A stretch of DNA of 60,139 nucleotides. Origin: Oceanispirochaeta sp. (GTDB taxonomy: Bacteria > Spirochaetota > Spirochaetia > DSM-2461). The notes beneath the pieces were generated by a model. It worked only from the letters and a program-made list of their open reading frames with translations. It was not told the DNA's origin and did no database searches. Location: positions 1 to 60,139 of the forward strand of contig NZ_JAQIBL010000003.1 in the NCBI RefSeq assembly GCF_027859075.1, written 5' to 3'. Positions 19,195 to 28,572 of this stretch are shown in pieces (positions within the stretch are counted from its first letter, which is position 1; every line of letters begins with the position of its first letter). Position numbers and translations under genes: made by a program.

Positions 19195-19989
19195 TCAGCG
19201 CCGCAGGAATTCCGAAGGATTAACATGAGCCACTCTTTTAAAAAGACGGCTGAAATAGTAGACGTTTTCGAATCCCAGCTGATCCGCTGCCTCGCTGACA
19301 TTGCACTCCCCCGAGAGAAGGAGGTCCTTGGCTTTGTTAATTTTCACCCAATGCTGGTATTGTACGGGAGTCAGATCGGTGACCTGCTTGAAGAGCCGGC
19401 GGAAATAGGGAGCGCTGAGACCGGCCCTGCCGGAGAGGTCACTGACGGCCCAGCTTTTCTCAGGCCGGTTTTCGATGAGACGGCAAATCTCCTGAATAGC
19501 ATGCACATGAGGGACTGATTTCTGTTGAACCTCCTGATCCAGGGACCGGATCATGGAGAAGAGAATCTCTTCAACAATGGAGCGGCAGCGGAGGGTATAG
19601 GCCAGGCGTTTTCCGGACCATTCATGGGAAAGTTCTTCCATCAGGGCGGCAACCTGAAAGGGATTGGGCAGCCGGAAGAAATGGGGAATCCCCGCCAGGT
19701 AGGCGGCACTTTCTTCATTCATTCCTTTCAGGCTGAACCCGACGGAACTGAAGCGCCAGGGATCTTCCGGATCACTCCAGGCATCATGCAGACAGCCGGG
19801 AGCAAAACAGACCATATCACCTTGACTCACGGTAAAAGCTTCATCACCGACACGGTAATGGGCTTTCCCTTCGATGGCATAGGCGATGACCCAGAGTTCC
19901 GAATGAGACAGGCTTTCAATCTTCCATTCCCTATCGGGTTCACGGGAAACGACAAAATCAAAAGAATCAATGGAAAAATCAATAATCAG
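19195..19989 (-). CDS. AraC family regulator (cupin + HTH) with probable non-AUG start
   Basis: The frame stays open upstream of the track GTG through a full cupin N-terminus (DREWKIE...WVIAYAIEGKAHY). AGGAGG at 20000-19995 is followed by CTG/ATT, with no ATG/GTG/TTG before the upstream TAA. C-terminal GFENVYYFSRLFK. Confidence 0.85.
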   Translation of the reverse strand: MIIDFSIDSFDFVVSREPDREWKIESLSHSELWVIAYAIEGKAHYRVGDEAFTVSQGDMVCFAPGCLHDAWSDPEDPWRFSSVGFSLKGMNEESAAYLAGIPHFFRLPNPFQVAALMEELSHEWSGKRLAYTLRCRSIVEEILFSMIRSLDQEVQQKSVPHVHAIQEICRLIENRPEKSWAVSDLSGRAGLSAPYFRRLFKQVTDLTPVQYQHWVKINKAKDLLLSGECNVSEAADQLGFENVYYFSRLFKRVAHVNPSEFLRR

Positions 19990-20021
19990 ACCGTCCTCCT
20001 GAAAGTTGCTTTTGAAATCAG

Positions 20022-20048
20022 ATTATATCATGGATGGTTCAAAGTCAA
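20022..20048 (-). promoter_or_regulatory. Sigma70 promoter of the AraC gene
   Basis: Extended -10 TGATATAAT (20030-20022); TTGACT at 20048-43. Confidence 0.55.
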
Positions 20049-20098
20049 AAAAAGGAACCAGTCCCATGCCGATTCCTCTATGATCTTCAGAGAACGAA

Positions 20099-22138
20099 TT
20101 AAAGAGACCACTCCTCCCTATCCCATCTGAACAGCATGCTGCCTCCTGAGAGCTGAAGGGAGGAACGGACCGCCCCTTTCTCTAGAAGAGAAAACTGGTC
20201 TCCCTTAACGTCCAGAGACCAGTCCGTCACTTCTCCGGCAGGAGCCATGGCTATGGCATGCACTCTGCGACGGCTGGTCTTTGATGACTTTTCGGTCCAG
20301 CGGTAAAGCTGACCCGACCCGGATTTCCCCTCAGCTTCCTGAGCAGGAGAAGGGTGATAAAAATCATGAATGTGGGCATAATAGGGTCCCATCAATCCCG
20401 CATCTTCGGAGCAGTGAAACATCCGCATTCCGCTGTCACCCCTATAGGCAGTAAAGCTGTTGGGCGTATCCACTGTAAAATCAAGGGCTCCGTCTCGGTT
20501 GTTGAACTGCCAGTTCCAGATGGTTTTCACAGGACTGACGCTCTCGATATCATCAACAACAAACAGCATTTGAGTTCCACAGAGGATCCAGGTCCGTTTA
20601 AAACTCTTTATGGGGGCTCCGTAAACACCCCCGGCTTCACTTGTATAAACAAAGGTATTCCCGCGGCGTTCCTGCACCAGTTTTCCACCAGGGCGTTTAA
20701 CCGGAGGCTCGGGTTTTCCCTTGGAGAATCCTCGCAGCAATGATGCATCCTGGCTTAAGATCTTGAGTTTAAACATGTCTTCCTGGCGTACATCCTTTTG
20801 ATTATCAAATGCGGCATCAGGAACCAGGAAGGTACAGGTATTATGAAAAGCGGTGGCAATATCCAGTTCGTGGATAGTATTGCGGTAACAGCTGTGCCCG
20901 GGATCGGCCAGGAAACGCTCCTTGCCATAGACCAGCATGAAATGATTCAGATCTGCATGGATATGGGAGGGTCCGTACAACTCTTCTCCCGAAGATCGGA
21001 TAGCCAGAACCGTGGGGCTGTCAAAGGACTCTCTGACAATCATATCCCCATTGGAAAAGTACATATCGCTCTCCCAGCCGCAGTCTTTCAGAGCCCTGGC
21101 GGATGCTTTTCCCAGATAGAGAGGAAAGCTGAGGAATCCAAAATCATTATACATACCAAAGCAGGCCAGATCATGGGGTGCCAGATCCAGGTTTTCAATA
21201 TTTCTATAGTGAAGATCAAACAGACTGGAAGCCAAAGCTGCTTCCACAGGCATGGACTCACCGCACCTGGTGGAGATATGCAGGAGCATGTCCCCAGTGG
21301 GTCTGTAGGTAGAAGCACAATCGTTGAAATTGACAGCACGAGGACGGTCATAAGGGCCAAATCCCGATAGTGGTTTGTGATAAAGATGGCTGTAGGCATC
21401 CCATTTTACTTTTTTTCCATAACGGTCGGGAGACATTCTTGTTTTATAGGCCGGATCCTTCCGAACAAGGGCTTCATAGACCATCATCAATCCCCAGGCG
21501 GCATAATTTCCATACTGCAAGGACTCTGCGGAAGTCCCATCGGGCTGGAACTGCTCGATGCAGACATTGAATTCCAGACAGGCCCGTTCCATCATGTCCC
21601 GGTCATCCAGATAAGCGGCACAGAAGGCGAGGCCACCGCTGAGGATACAGCGCCAGTTGTTCAGCCTTTCTGCAAAGTTCAGCCAGTTCAAACAGAGGGG
21701 CATGGCCGTATTTTTCAAAAAAGCACGTATGCTTTTCATTTCATCCTCTGAAAACAGATCGGCTCCCAGGTCGGCGGCGGCCACAACTCCGATGGAGAGA
21801 TGGGCCGTTTCCAGATGTCCCAGAGATGGTTTTGTCAGATGATCCCTGTACCAGGGGCCGATCCATTCATCCTCAGTCTTGGCAATAAGGTCCAAGGTGA
21901 TGGCCTTCACCCAACGACCGATCTGTTCATTTCCAGTCAAACGGTACGCCATGGCACCATCACTCAGATACTCACAGACATGGTAATACCACTCGGTTGT
22001 TGTTTCGTCGTCTCCGAGACCGGGAGTCCGGCTTCTTTTCAAACAGCGCCGCAGGAGGGCGGCTTCCAGTTTCTTATACCCCGGATCTTCCAATACTCTC
22101 AGGGATTCGTATTCTTTGTCAGTCAGTAATATGCTCAT
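20099..22138 (-). CDS. Heparinase II/III-like oligosaccharide lyase, cytoplasmic
   Basis: NNW, PDGTSAESLQYGNY, NFND, HIHADLNHF, DPG and TAFHNT motifs of the alpha/alpha + beta-sandwich Hepar_II_III lyases; no signal peptide. Confidence 0.85.
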   Translation of the reverse strand: MSILLTDKEYESLRVLEDPGYKKLEAALLRRCLKRSRTPGLGDDETTTEWYYHVCEYLSDGAMAYRLTGNEQIGRWVKAITLDLIAKTEDEWIGPWYRDHLTKPSLGHLETAHLSIGVVAAADLGADLFSEDEMKSIRAFLKNTAMPLCLNWLNFAERLNNWRCILSGGLAFCAAYLDDRDMMERACLEFNVCIEQFQPDGTSAESLQYGNYAAWGLMMVYEALVRKDPAYKTRMSPDRYGKKVKWDAYSHLYHKPLSGFGPYDRPRAVNFNDCASTYRPTGDMLLHISTRCGESMPVEAALASSLFDLHYRNIENLDLAPHDLACFGMYNDFGFLSFPLYLGKASARALKDCGWESDMYFSNGDMIVRESFDSPTVLAIRSSGEELYGPSHIHADLNHFMLVYGKERFLADPGHSCYRNTIHELDIATAFHNTCTFLVPDAAFDNQKDVRQEDMFKLKILSQDASLLRGFSKGKPEPPVKRPGGKLVQERRGNTFVYTSEAGGVYGAPIKSFKRTWILCGTQMLFVVDDIESVSPVKTIWNWQFNNRDGALDFTVDTPNSFTAYRGDSGMRMFHCSEDAGLMGPYYAHIHDFYHPSPAQEAEGKSGSGQLYRWTEKSSKTSRRRVHAIAMAPAGEVTDWSLDVKGDQFSLLEKGAVRSSLQLSGGSMLFRWDREEWSL

Positions 22139-22193
22139 GAGTCCATCTTAATGGCAGGTTCCATGATCCCGCAATTTTCAAAAGGGTTAAAAA

Positions 22194-22211
22194 TTTAAAC
22201 GATTCGATCAT
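22194..22211. promoter_or_regulatory. Putative AraC-type activator site, copy 2
   Basis: TTTAAACGATTCGATCAT lies upstream of the minus-strand TTGCGG-N18-TAAGAT promoter of the lyase gene. Confidence 0.5.
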
Positions 22212-22347
22212 CCTCCCTGCTTACTACCCTCATCCTGACTTCATACTGACATGATGGGAACCGTTTCATGTAAATTTTACTCACATCCGACATGGCCCGC
22301 TTCAGGGATGGGAGCGTATGATTGGTTTAATAATTTGAAAAGGAAAA

Positions 22348-23076
22348 ATGCTTATGCCCATGAAAGTAGAGAAGCTGGTTGCCCAGCGGAAAAAAGACGG
22401 AAGGGAGATCAAACCCTTTCCTGTATCTGATGAAGAGTTAATCCAACGCTATGAAAAATTATGGACTGCCGCGGTGAATGATGTGCTGAGAGAAAACATG
22501 TTCCTCTATCAGTCTCTGCCCTCAAACATAACTCCCTTGGATGATGAGAAAGTAAGCTGCGGTATCGCTTTTACGATTAAAGGATTGGCAGACATCCAGG
22601 TCGATCCCAACGACATGGCCCGCCGGGGCGTCATGCTGGATGAAATTCCTAAAAACTCTTTCATAGTCTGGGACACTTCCGGAGATACAGAATCTGCCCA
22701 GTGGGGAGAAATGATGACCAAAGCAGCCAAACAGAAAGGCTGCCGCGGTGCCGCGGTGGATGGTGGCCTGCGCGACACCAGACAGGTTAAGGGTCTGAAT
22801 TTTCCTCTCTGGACAAAATATAAGACATCCAATGCCATGATGGGCCGTTTCCGGATTATCGACTGGCAGGTTCCCATTAAAATTGGAACAGCCTTCTGCT
22901 ATCCGGGAGATGTGGTGCTGGCAGATATTGACGGTGTCCTCATCATCCCCCGGGAGCAAGCCTGGGAATCCCTGCTCAGGGCCGAGGAGATACAAAAAGA
23001 AGAAGTAGAAATTGCTAAATGGGTGGACAGCGGCATGACCGCAAAAGAAGTCATCGACAAGGGCGGATATTTCTAA
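22348..23076 (+). CDS. RraA family / HMG-CHA-type class II pyruvate aldolase
   Basis: TAAVNDVL, AQWGEMMT, VDGGLRD and PGDVVLADIDGV motifs. Confidence 0.88.
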   Translation: MLMPMKVEKLVAQRKKDGREIKPFPVSDEELIQRYEKLWTAAVNDVLRENMFLYQSLPSNITPLDDEKVSCGIAFTIKGLADIQVDPNDMARRGVMLDEIPKNSFIVWDTSGDTESAQWGEMMTKAAKQKGCRGAAVDGGLRDTRQVKGLNFPLWTKYKTSNAMMGRFRIIDWQVPIKIGTAFCYPGDVVLADIDGVLIIPREQAWESLLRAEEIQKEEVEIAKWVDSGMTAKEVIDKGGYF

Positions 23077-23093
23077 TCAAATAATTATTTCCT

Positions 23094-23142
23094 GGAAAAA
23101 CGGATTGAGGGCCCTCTATTCCTCTTTCCGTTTTTCCTTTTT
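23094..23142 (+). terminator. Intra-operon terminator/attenuator after the RraA gene
   Basis: GGAAAAACGGA...TCCGTTTTTCC 11-bp stem followed by T5. Confidence 0.6.
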
Positions 23143-23169
23143 AATTCAGGGGGAAACAATCTCCGTAAT

Positions 23170-23736
23170 ATGAATTATCAGGATGATCAGAACATGAAAA
23201 AAATGGATTTAACAGAGTTCAACAAGATCGGATTCCCGGATGTGACAAAGTGTGAAGCCCTTTTTGACGGTTTCAGGGATGGATTATTCCAGGCTGAGTA
23301 CAGTCCGAACTGTAAAAGATCCATCAAGATTCAACTGGATATAAAGCCCGAAAGTGGAGGAGGATTCGAACAGAGATTCTTTCATCTGGGTCATCCCGGC
23401 GATGGTGCAGCCAACTCAAGGCTGATGATAGAACTGCGAAGCAAGACAGACGGATTCTGGTACCTGGATGTGTATTACTCCAACGGAGAAAAAGGGCAGG
23501 CTCTGATTGATGAAAACAGGCTTTATCCCCATGGTCAGTGGTATACCCTTGAAATTGATGTAACAGAGAAGGGGATCAGCGGATATATCGATGGTAAGAT
23601 AGAGTGCAGGAGCGAAGAAGTCCCTTTCCGCCCCCTGCCCTTTCCCGGACTCTCTTTGGGAGTCAGGCAGAATCAGGTCTCCTGGTATAAGGGCGGCCTG
23701 CGAAACCTCAGCATAGGAGAAGTGAATGAGCGATAA
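23170..23736 (+). CDS. Hypothetical LamG/concanavalin-like beta-sandwich protein
   Basis: GQWYTLEI, GYIDGK, LSLGVR and YKGGLRNL pattern typical of LamG-like jelly rolls. Confidence 0.55.
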   Translation: MNYQDDQNMKKMDLTEFNKIGFPDVTKCEALFDGFRDGLFQAEYSPNCKRSIKIQLDIKPESGGGFEQRFFHLGHPGDGAANSRLMIELRSKTDGFWYLDVYYSNGEKGQALIDENRLYPHGQWYTLEIDVTEKGISGYIDGKIECRSEEVPFRPLPFPGLSLGVRQNQVSWYKGGLRNLSIGEVNER

Positions 23737-24718
23737 AATGAAAATCCTCTTTGCCTGCAAAATTGCAGATGAACAGGCCAAAGCCAGAATAGAAGAAACA
23801 TTTGATCTGATCGAAATCGAGACAGCCGATGAAGCGGCCCTCCTCCAGTACGCAGACCAGGTAGAGGGAATCATCATCCCCTTCACGAAAGATGTCATCC
23901 TGACAGAAAAAGTCATCGATAAAGGCAAAAACCTTAAAATCATAGGGACAACCTATGGAGGAACCCGCCAGGGAATAGCCGATGCCTATGCTGTGGCAAA
24001 AAGATTGACAGTCATTCATACCGGTGCCACACGCCCCAGGCCTATGGCGGAATATACACTGGGACTGGCTCTTTCCTCCCTGTTGCAGATACACAGCTAT
24101 CATCATTACATGAAAGGGGAAGATCCCTGGCCCCGTTTCCGTCTGGGAAGAAGCCGGATACTACAGGATAGAAAGGTCGGGATAATCGGATTTGGGCGAA
24201 TCGGCAGAGGGATATTCGACATCTTTCGCTTGTTTACATCCGAAATCAGCATCCAGTCAGGACACATGTCCCCTCAAGAAGCACAGGATCTGGGAGTACA
24301 ATTGAAGAGTGTTGATCAGGTATTCGAAAGTTGTGATATCATCATCCTGGCGGGAGGGTACACCGAAAAGACCCATCATATGATCCGGTATGAACATTTT
24401 ATGAAGATGCAGAGTGATGCTCACTTTATAAATATTGCCAGAGGAAAAATGGTTGATGAAAAAGGGATGGTTAAAGCCCTTAAAGAGCGGGATGACTTTT
24501 ATCTGGCCCTGGATGTTTATGAAGAAGAACCACTCCCTGATGACAGCCCCTTAAGGCAGTCGGACAAGGTCCTTATGACACCTCATAGAGCCAACAATTC
24601 TATGGAATTTGAGGAACGCTGGCAGTGCCTGGCTGACGAACTGGAGCTATTTGCCGGGGGAAACCGGCCTGAATCAGCCCTCAACGCGGAACGGCTCCAA
24701 TACATGAGTGAATCCTGA
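23726..24718 (+). CDS. D-isomer-specific 2-hydroxyacid dehydrogenase
   Basis: GIIGFGRIG, FINIARG, LDVYEEEP and MTPHRA motifs. Confidence 0.92.
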   Translation: MSDKMKILFACKIADEQAKARIEETFDLIEIETADEAALLQYADQVEGIIIPFTKDVILTEKVIDKGKNLKIIGTTYGGTRQGIADAYAVAKRLTVIHTGATRPRPMAEYTLGLALSSLLQIHSYHHYMKGEDPWPRFRLGRSRILQDRKVGIIGFGRIGRGIFDIFRLFTSEISIQSGHMSPQEAQDLGVQLKSVDQVFESCDIIILAGGYTEKTHHMIRYEHFMKMQSDAHFINIARGKMVDEKGMVKALKERDDFYLALDVYEEEPLPDDSPLRQSDKVLMTPHRANNSMEFEERWQCLADELELFAGGNRPESALNAERLQYMSES

Positions 24719-24733
24719 GGATAAAGACATAAT

Positions 24734-26062
24734 ATGAACATAGAAGTAAATCCTCTCATCCAAGGGGGTACCCCCGGCCAGATTCCTCTGGGAGGGATGA
24801 GGGCTTTCAGAATACAGAAGGGAGTCCGGGTTTCCTGGGAGCCGGGAAATGAGAAGGCCCTTCTCAGTCTGACCGTCGCCTGCGATTTGAGACAGAACTG
24901 TGTGCTCACCCTCACATCAGGAGACTGGAAAATGCAGCTGGATGCATCCTTCGCCTCACATGGTCAGAAGCTCAGAATCCCAATGGGTAACCGCATTAGC
25001 AGTTTTGTTGTGACTGCGGCAGAGGGAGACGGAGAGCTCTGGATCGCATTAGAAGCACCCATTGCCCCGTCCTTCTGCCCCTATTCTGCCGATAGAAACA
25101 CCCGCCTGGAGGAAGCCGAAACCAGGCTGAAAGAGAACGCCCTGGCACAGTTCAGCTGGATGGGGGGATGCGTGCTGAACGGTTTATCAGAGATGCACCG
25201 TGTGTACCCGGATCAGGGCTGGAAAATAGCGCTGACAAGCTGGGCATCCCATTTCATCGGCCCCGAAGGCCAGCTGCTCTATCAAAATCCCAGAGGCACA
25301 GAAGTCAGAAACAAATTTATAAATATCGAATCCACACTCCCTGTTGCCAGTCTTGCAGGTCAGCCCGGGTTCGAGGCAATCGGATTCTATGCACGCCAGA
25401 TGTGGGATGAAAGAACTGGAGAGGATGGAGCCGTGACAGACGGAGAAAGCACGGCAGAAGGGTGCTACACTATCGCCTACCCCATGGCGACTCTGGCTGT
25501 CAGAGAGGGAAATAAAGCCCTGATCGATTCTGTTCTCACTCAGCTGAGGACGAGAAAAGAGAAGCTCTTTCGAAAGGGCAAGCTGTACCTGAGGAACAAA
25601 GAAGAGACCCTGAGTTTTGAAAATTGGACCCGGGGAATCTGCTGGTATATCCTTGGCAACTACAGATGCCTGTCTCTTCTGGGGGATTCCTATCCGGATG
25701 ATCTGATGAATCATTTCAAGGAAAGGTGCAGCTGGATTATTTCTAAGCAGAGACCCGACGGACTCTGGGATAACTTTCTGGATGAAGAGGGGTTCCCACC
25801 AGACAGCTCAGGATCAGCAGGGATTGCCGCGGCACTGGCGGGGGCTTACAGGAAGGGCCTACTCGGTGAAGAGGCACTGGAGGCGGCGAAAAGATGTTTC
25901 GACGGTCTTTGTTCTCTACTAGAACCCGACGGCTGGTTATCCTCGGTAGCCCCGAACAACAAGCGCGGAGAAAAAGAACAACACACACATCTCAGAACAG
26001 TGGAACCTTTTGCCCTGGGTCTTTTTGCCCAACTGTGGGCAGTCCTGGATGAAATAGAATAG
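24734..26062 (+). CDS. GH88/GH105-like (alpha/alpha)6 hydrolase with an extra N-terminal domain
   Basis: WTRGICWYILG, QRPDGLW and DSSGSAGIAAAL motifs; no signal peptide. Confidence 0.8.
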   Translation: MNIEVNPLIQGGTPGQIPLGGMRAFRIQKGVRVSWEPGNEKALLSLTVACDLRQNCVLTLTSGDWKMQLDASFASHGQKLRIPMGNRISSFVVTAAEGDGELWIALEAPIAPSFCPYSADRNTRLEEAETRLKENALAQFSWMGGCVLNGLSEMHRVYPDQGWKIALTSWASHFIGPEGQLLYQNPRGTEVRNKFINIESTLPVASLAGQPGFEAIGFYARQMWDERTGEDGAVTDGESTAEGCYTIAYPMATLAVREGNKALIDSVLTQLRTRKEKLFRKGKLYLRNKEETLSFENWTRGICWYILGNYRCLSLLGDSYPDDLMNHFKERCSWIISKQRPDGLWDNFLDEEGFPPDSSGSAGIAAALAGAYRKGLLGEEALEAAKRCFDGLCSLLEPDGWLSSVAPNNKRGEKEQHTHLRTVEPFALGLFAQLWAVLDEIE

Positions 26063-26078
26063 TACATGGAGAAATAAT

Positions 26079-26477
26079 ATGAGTAAACAACCTGAATTCA
26101 CCTTTGCCCACACCGGGCTGAATGTAAAAGACAGAGACGCAACGGCCGCCTGGTATGAAAAGAACCTGAATATGAGGATCGTCCGCAGTGTCCCTGGTGC
26201 CATGCACTTTCTGGCAGACCCCACGGGTCGTGTCATTCTGGAAATATACTCGAACGAATCAGCACCCATGCTGGATCTGGGTGCCACACACTTTCTGACC
26301 CTCCACCTGGCGGTTCTGACTGAAACTCCTAAAGAAACGGAAGCTCAACTTCAGAAAGCTGGAGCTGTGACTGTAGATCCCTACAAAATCACAGGAGCAG
26401 GGGATGAATTGATCATGATGCGTGATCCCTTCGGACTGGGTCTGCAGCTGATCAAGCGGAAGGAGCCGATGTTTTAA
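26079..26477 (+). CDS. VOC/glyoxalase family protein
   Basis: HTGLNV, ILEI, HLAV and RDPFGLGLQL metal-ligand pattern (H, E, H, Q). Confidence 0.85.
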   Translation: MSKQPEFTFAHTGLNVKDRDATAAWYEKNLNMRIVRSVPGAMHFLADPTGRVILEIYSNESAPMLDLGATHFLTLHLAVLTETPKETEAQLQKAGAVTVDPYKITGAGDELIMMRDPFGLGLQLIKRKEPMF

Positions 26478-26769
26478 TTCGGTTGATTTGCGTTTTATGC
26501 AGTTTCTGAGAGTCAGATCGGTTATGAGAGACTATATCATATTCATTTTCAGTAGAGATCTACTTAAATTATTACTCATAGTTTTACCCCAAAAGCAATA
26601 TCTCAATCACTGAAAGATCTCATACCAAACGGATTCATTGTTTGAAGACATGGTGTAATCAAAAAGAAGATAATATTAGGAGGTATTCATCATTATTTCC
26701 GTTGCAGTGCATGAAATGGAGTTCCACGAAAAAAACTACAGGACTGGGTAAATTGTTCTCAGAATATCT

Positions 26770-27849
26770 TTATACCAAAGTAATCAGACAGACAGGAGAC
26801 CCCAAGTTCAGTGGTTCTGCCCACTTTTCCCCAGGTAAACCAGTTGCCGGATCGAATGCCCTGATCTGCACATCATCCGAGTCCTGATGAGCCATAAGAA
26901 GCCATTTCCCCGATGGTGAAAAACAGATATCCCGGGGTACCTTCCCCCTGGTGCTGAATGTATCAAAAGCCTCTAAAGACACAGAACCATCCTTCCCATT
27001 CCGGTGAATACAGAAAACGGTGACCGTATCGTCAAAGCGGTTGGAAACGACAAGGCTCCGCCCGGAAGGATGTACCTTGACGGCGGCGGGAGCCGCTCCG
27101 CCGGGAGAATTGTCTCCCACTGAGGGTAGATCCTGTTCCAGGGTCAGACTGCCGTCGTTACGGTTTAACCGGGCTACCAGCAATCGGGGCACAAGCTCAC
27201 AGAGGATATACACAGACTTCCCTTCCGGGTCGAATGCCAGATGCCGGGGACCGTACCCGGGTGGGACCGAGAGGGATGAAACAACAGGCAGTTCATCATC
27301 CGCAGCATCGTGAATCCAGACCTTGTCACTCCCCAGGTCGCAGACATAGATGTGTTTTTTATCAGTGCCGGGAAGAACCTGATGAGCATGGGGCGACTCC
27401 TGACGGACAGCATTGGGCCCGCTTCCTGAATATTCAAAGGATTTGATGGACTTGCCAACATCGCCCTCTTCAAGACCATAGGACTTTAAACAGCCGCCCC
27501 GGTAGGAAGCAGCAAAGATCCTCTCCATATCCTTCACAGCTCGGATATGACATCCTGCGGGGCCGGGTCCGGTTTGAAGTGACCCTAGAGTCAAAGTAAA
27601 ATTAGATTCAAGAGTGAAAGAGCGAACCTCCCCTTCCCCCCGGGGATTCTCTGTGATGGCATAAAGCTTCTGTAGATCACCATCCCAGTCCAGATAAGAA
27701 GGATTTGTAACTCCTCCTGTTACTGTCAATTTTGACAGTACACCCGTCTCTTCTTCAAAAGTCAGCAGTACAATGCCCTCACCGCAGGCGCCGGGGATAT
27801 TTACGGACTTCTCCGTGTAGCAACCGGATGCAAATATTATCTTATTCAT
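26770..27849 (-). CDS. pgl: 6-phosphogluconolactonase / sugar lactonase (7-blade propeller)
   Basis: NPSYL, RQESPHAHQ, CDLGSD, GPRHL, SNR and PRD motifs. Confidence 0.9.
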   Translation of the reverse strand: MNKIIFASGCYTEKSVNIPGACGEGIVLLTFEEETGVLSKLTVTGGVTNPSYLDWDGDLQKLYAITENPRGEGEVRSFTLESNFTLTLGSLQTGPGPAGCHIRAVKDMERIFAASYRGGCLKSYGLEEGDVGKSIKSFEYSGSGPNAVRQESPHAHQVLPGTDKKHIYVCDLGSDKVWIHDAADDELPVVSSLSVPPGYGPRHLAFDPEGKSVYILCELVPRLLVARLNRNDGSLTLEQDLPSVGDNSPGGAAPAAVKVHPSGRSLVVSNRFDDTVTVFCIHRNGKDGSVSLEAFDTFSTRGKVPRDICFSPSGKWLLMAHQDSDDVQIRAFDPATGLPGEKWAEPLNLGSPVCLITLV

Positions 27850-27904
27850 TATGTTCAGCTCTCCTGTTCCAAAACACACCCAACCCCTTCAGGGACGTTC
27901 TGAT

Positions 27905-28396
27905 CTAATGATGATGATGGCCCCCCTCATGAACATGACCATGACTGAGCTCTTCTTTAGTGGCTTTACGGATATCAACTATATCAACTTCAAAATTAAG
28001 ATTCATTCCTGCTAAGGGATGATTGGCATCAATCGTCACCTTATCTTTTTCTATTTTTTTTATTTCGACGAGAGTCAATTCCCCCTCTTCATCCTCGGAT
28101 TCAAATTCCATGCCCACTTCAATTGGTTCCAATTCTGCAAGTTCTTTTCTATCCACTTCCTCGACAAGATCAGGGAGAATATCTCCATAGGCATCAGCAG
28201 CATCCACTCTTACTTTCAGTGAATCCCCGATACTTTTATCATTCAGGACCTTTTCCAATCCCGGAACCAGACTATCTGTTCCATGAATATAAGCCAGAGT
28301 TTCATCCCCTTCTGTGCTGTCCAGTAGATTTCCTTCATCATCTGATAATTTATAGTGTATGGTTACAACCAGTTTATTCGCTACTTTTAATGACAT
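27905..28396 (-). CDS. slyD: FKBP-type peptidyl-prolyl isomerase SlyD
   Basis: GLEK, AYG, DANHPLAG and His-rich tail HGHVHEGGHHHH. Confidence 0.93.
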   Translation of the reverse strand: MSLKVANKLVVTIHYKLSDDEGNLLDSTEGDETLAYIHGTDSLVPGLEKVLNDKSIGDSLKVRVDAADAYGDILPDLVEEVDRKELAELEPIEVGMEFESEDEEGELTLVEIKKIEKDKVTIDANHPLAGMNLNFEVDIVDIRKATKEELSHGHVHEGGHHHH

Positions 28397-28500
28397 TTCA
28401 TTCCTCCTCAACGTTTAAGATATCATAATCATAAACGCCATCAATTAGAATCTCAGTCTGGCTTTTTTCAGAATACTTTCCGATTCTCTTTCAGCTCTTA

Positions 28501-28514
28501 TTGGTCTTACCAGT
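28501..28514. promoter_or_regulatory. FadR/LldR-type operator (autoregulatory)
   Basis: TGGTCTTACCA. Its reverse complement ACTGGTAAGACCA also occurs at 32852-64, upstream of etfB. Confidence 0.75.
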
Positions 28515-28572
28515 ATAATAAGTTATTATTTATCTTGTCTCTGAAGGCCATCACAGCCTATAATACTCCATC

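Noticed and set aside
27905-27945. Poly-His tail resembling an engineered tag
   Set aside because: Normal metal-binding tail of SlyD.
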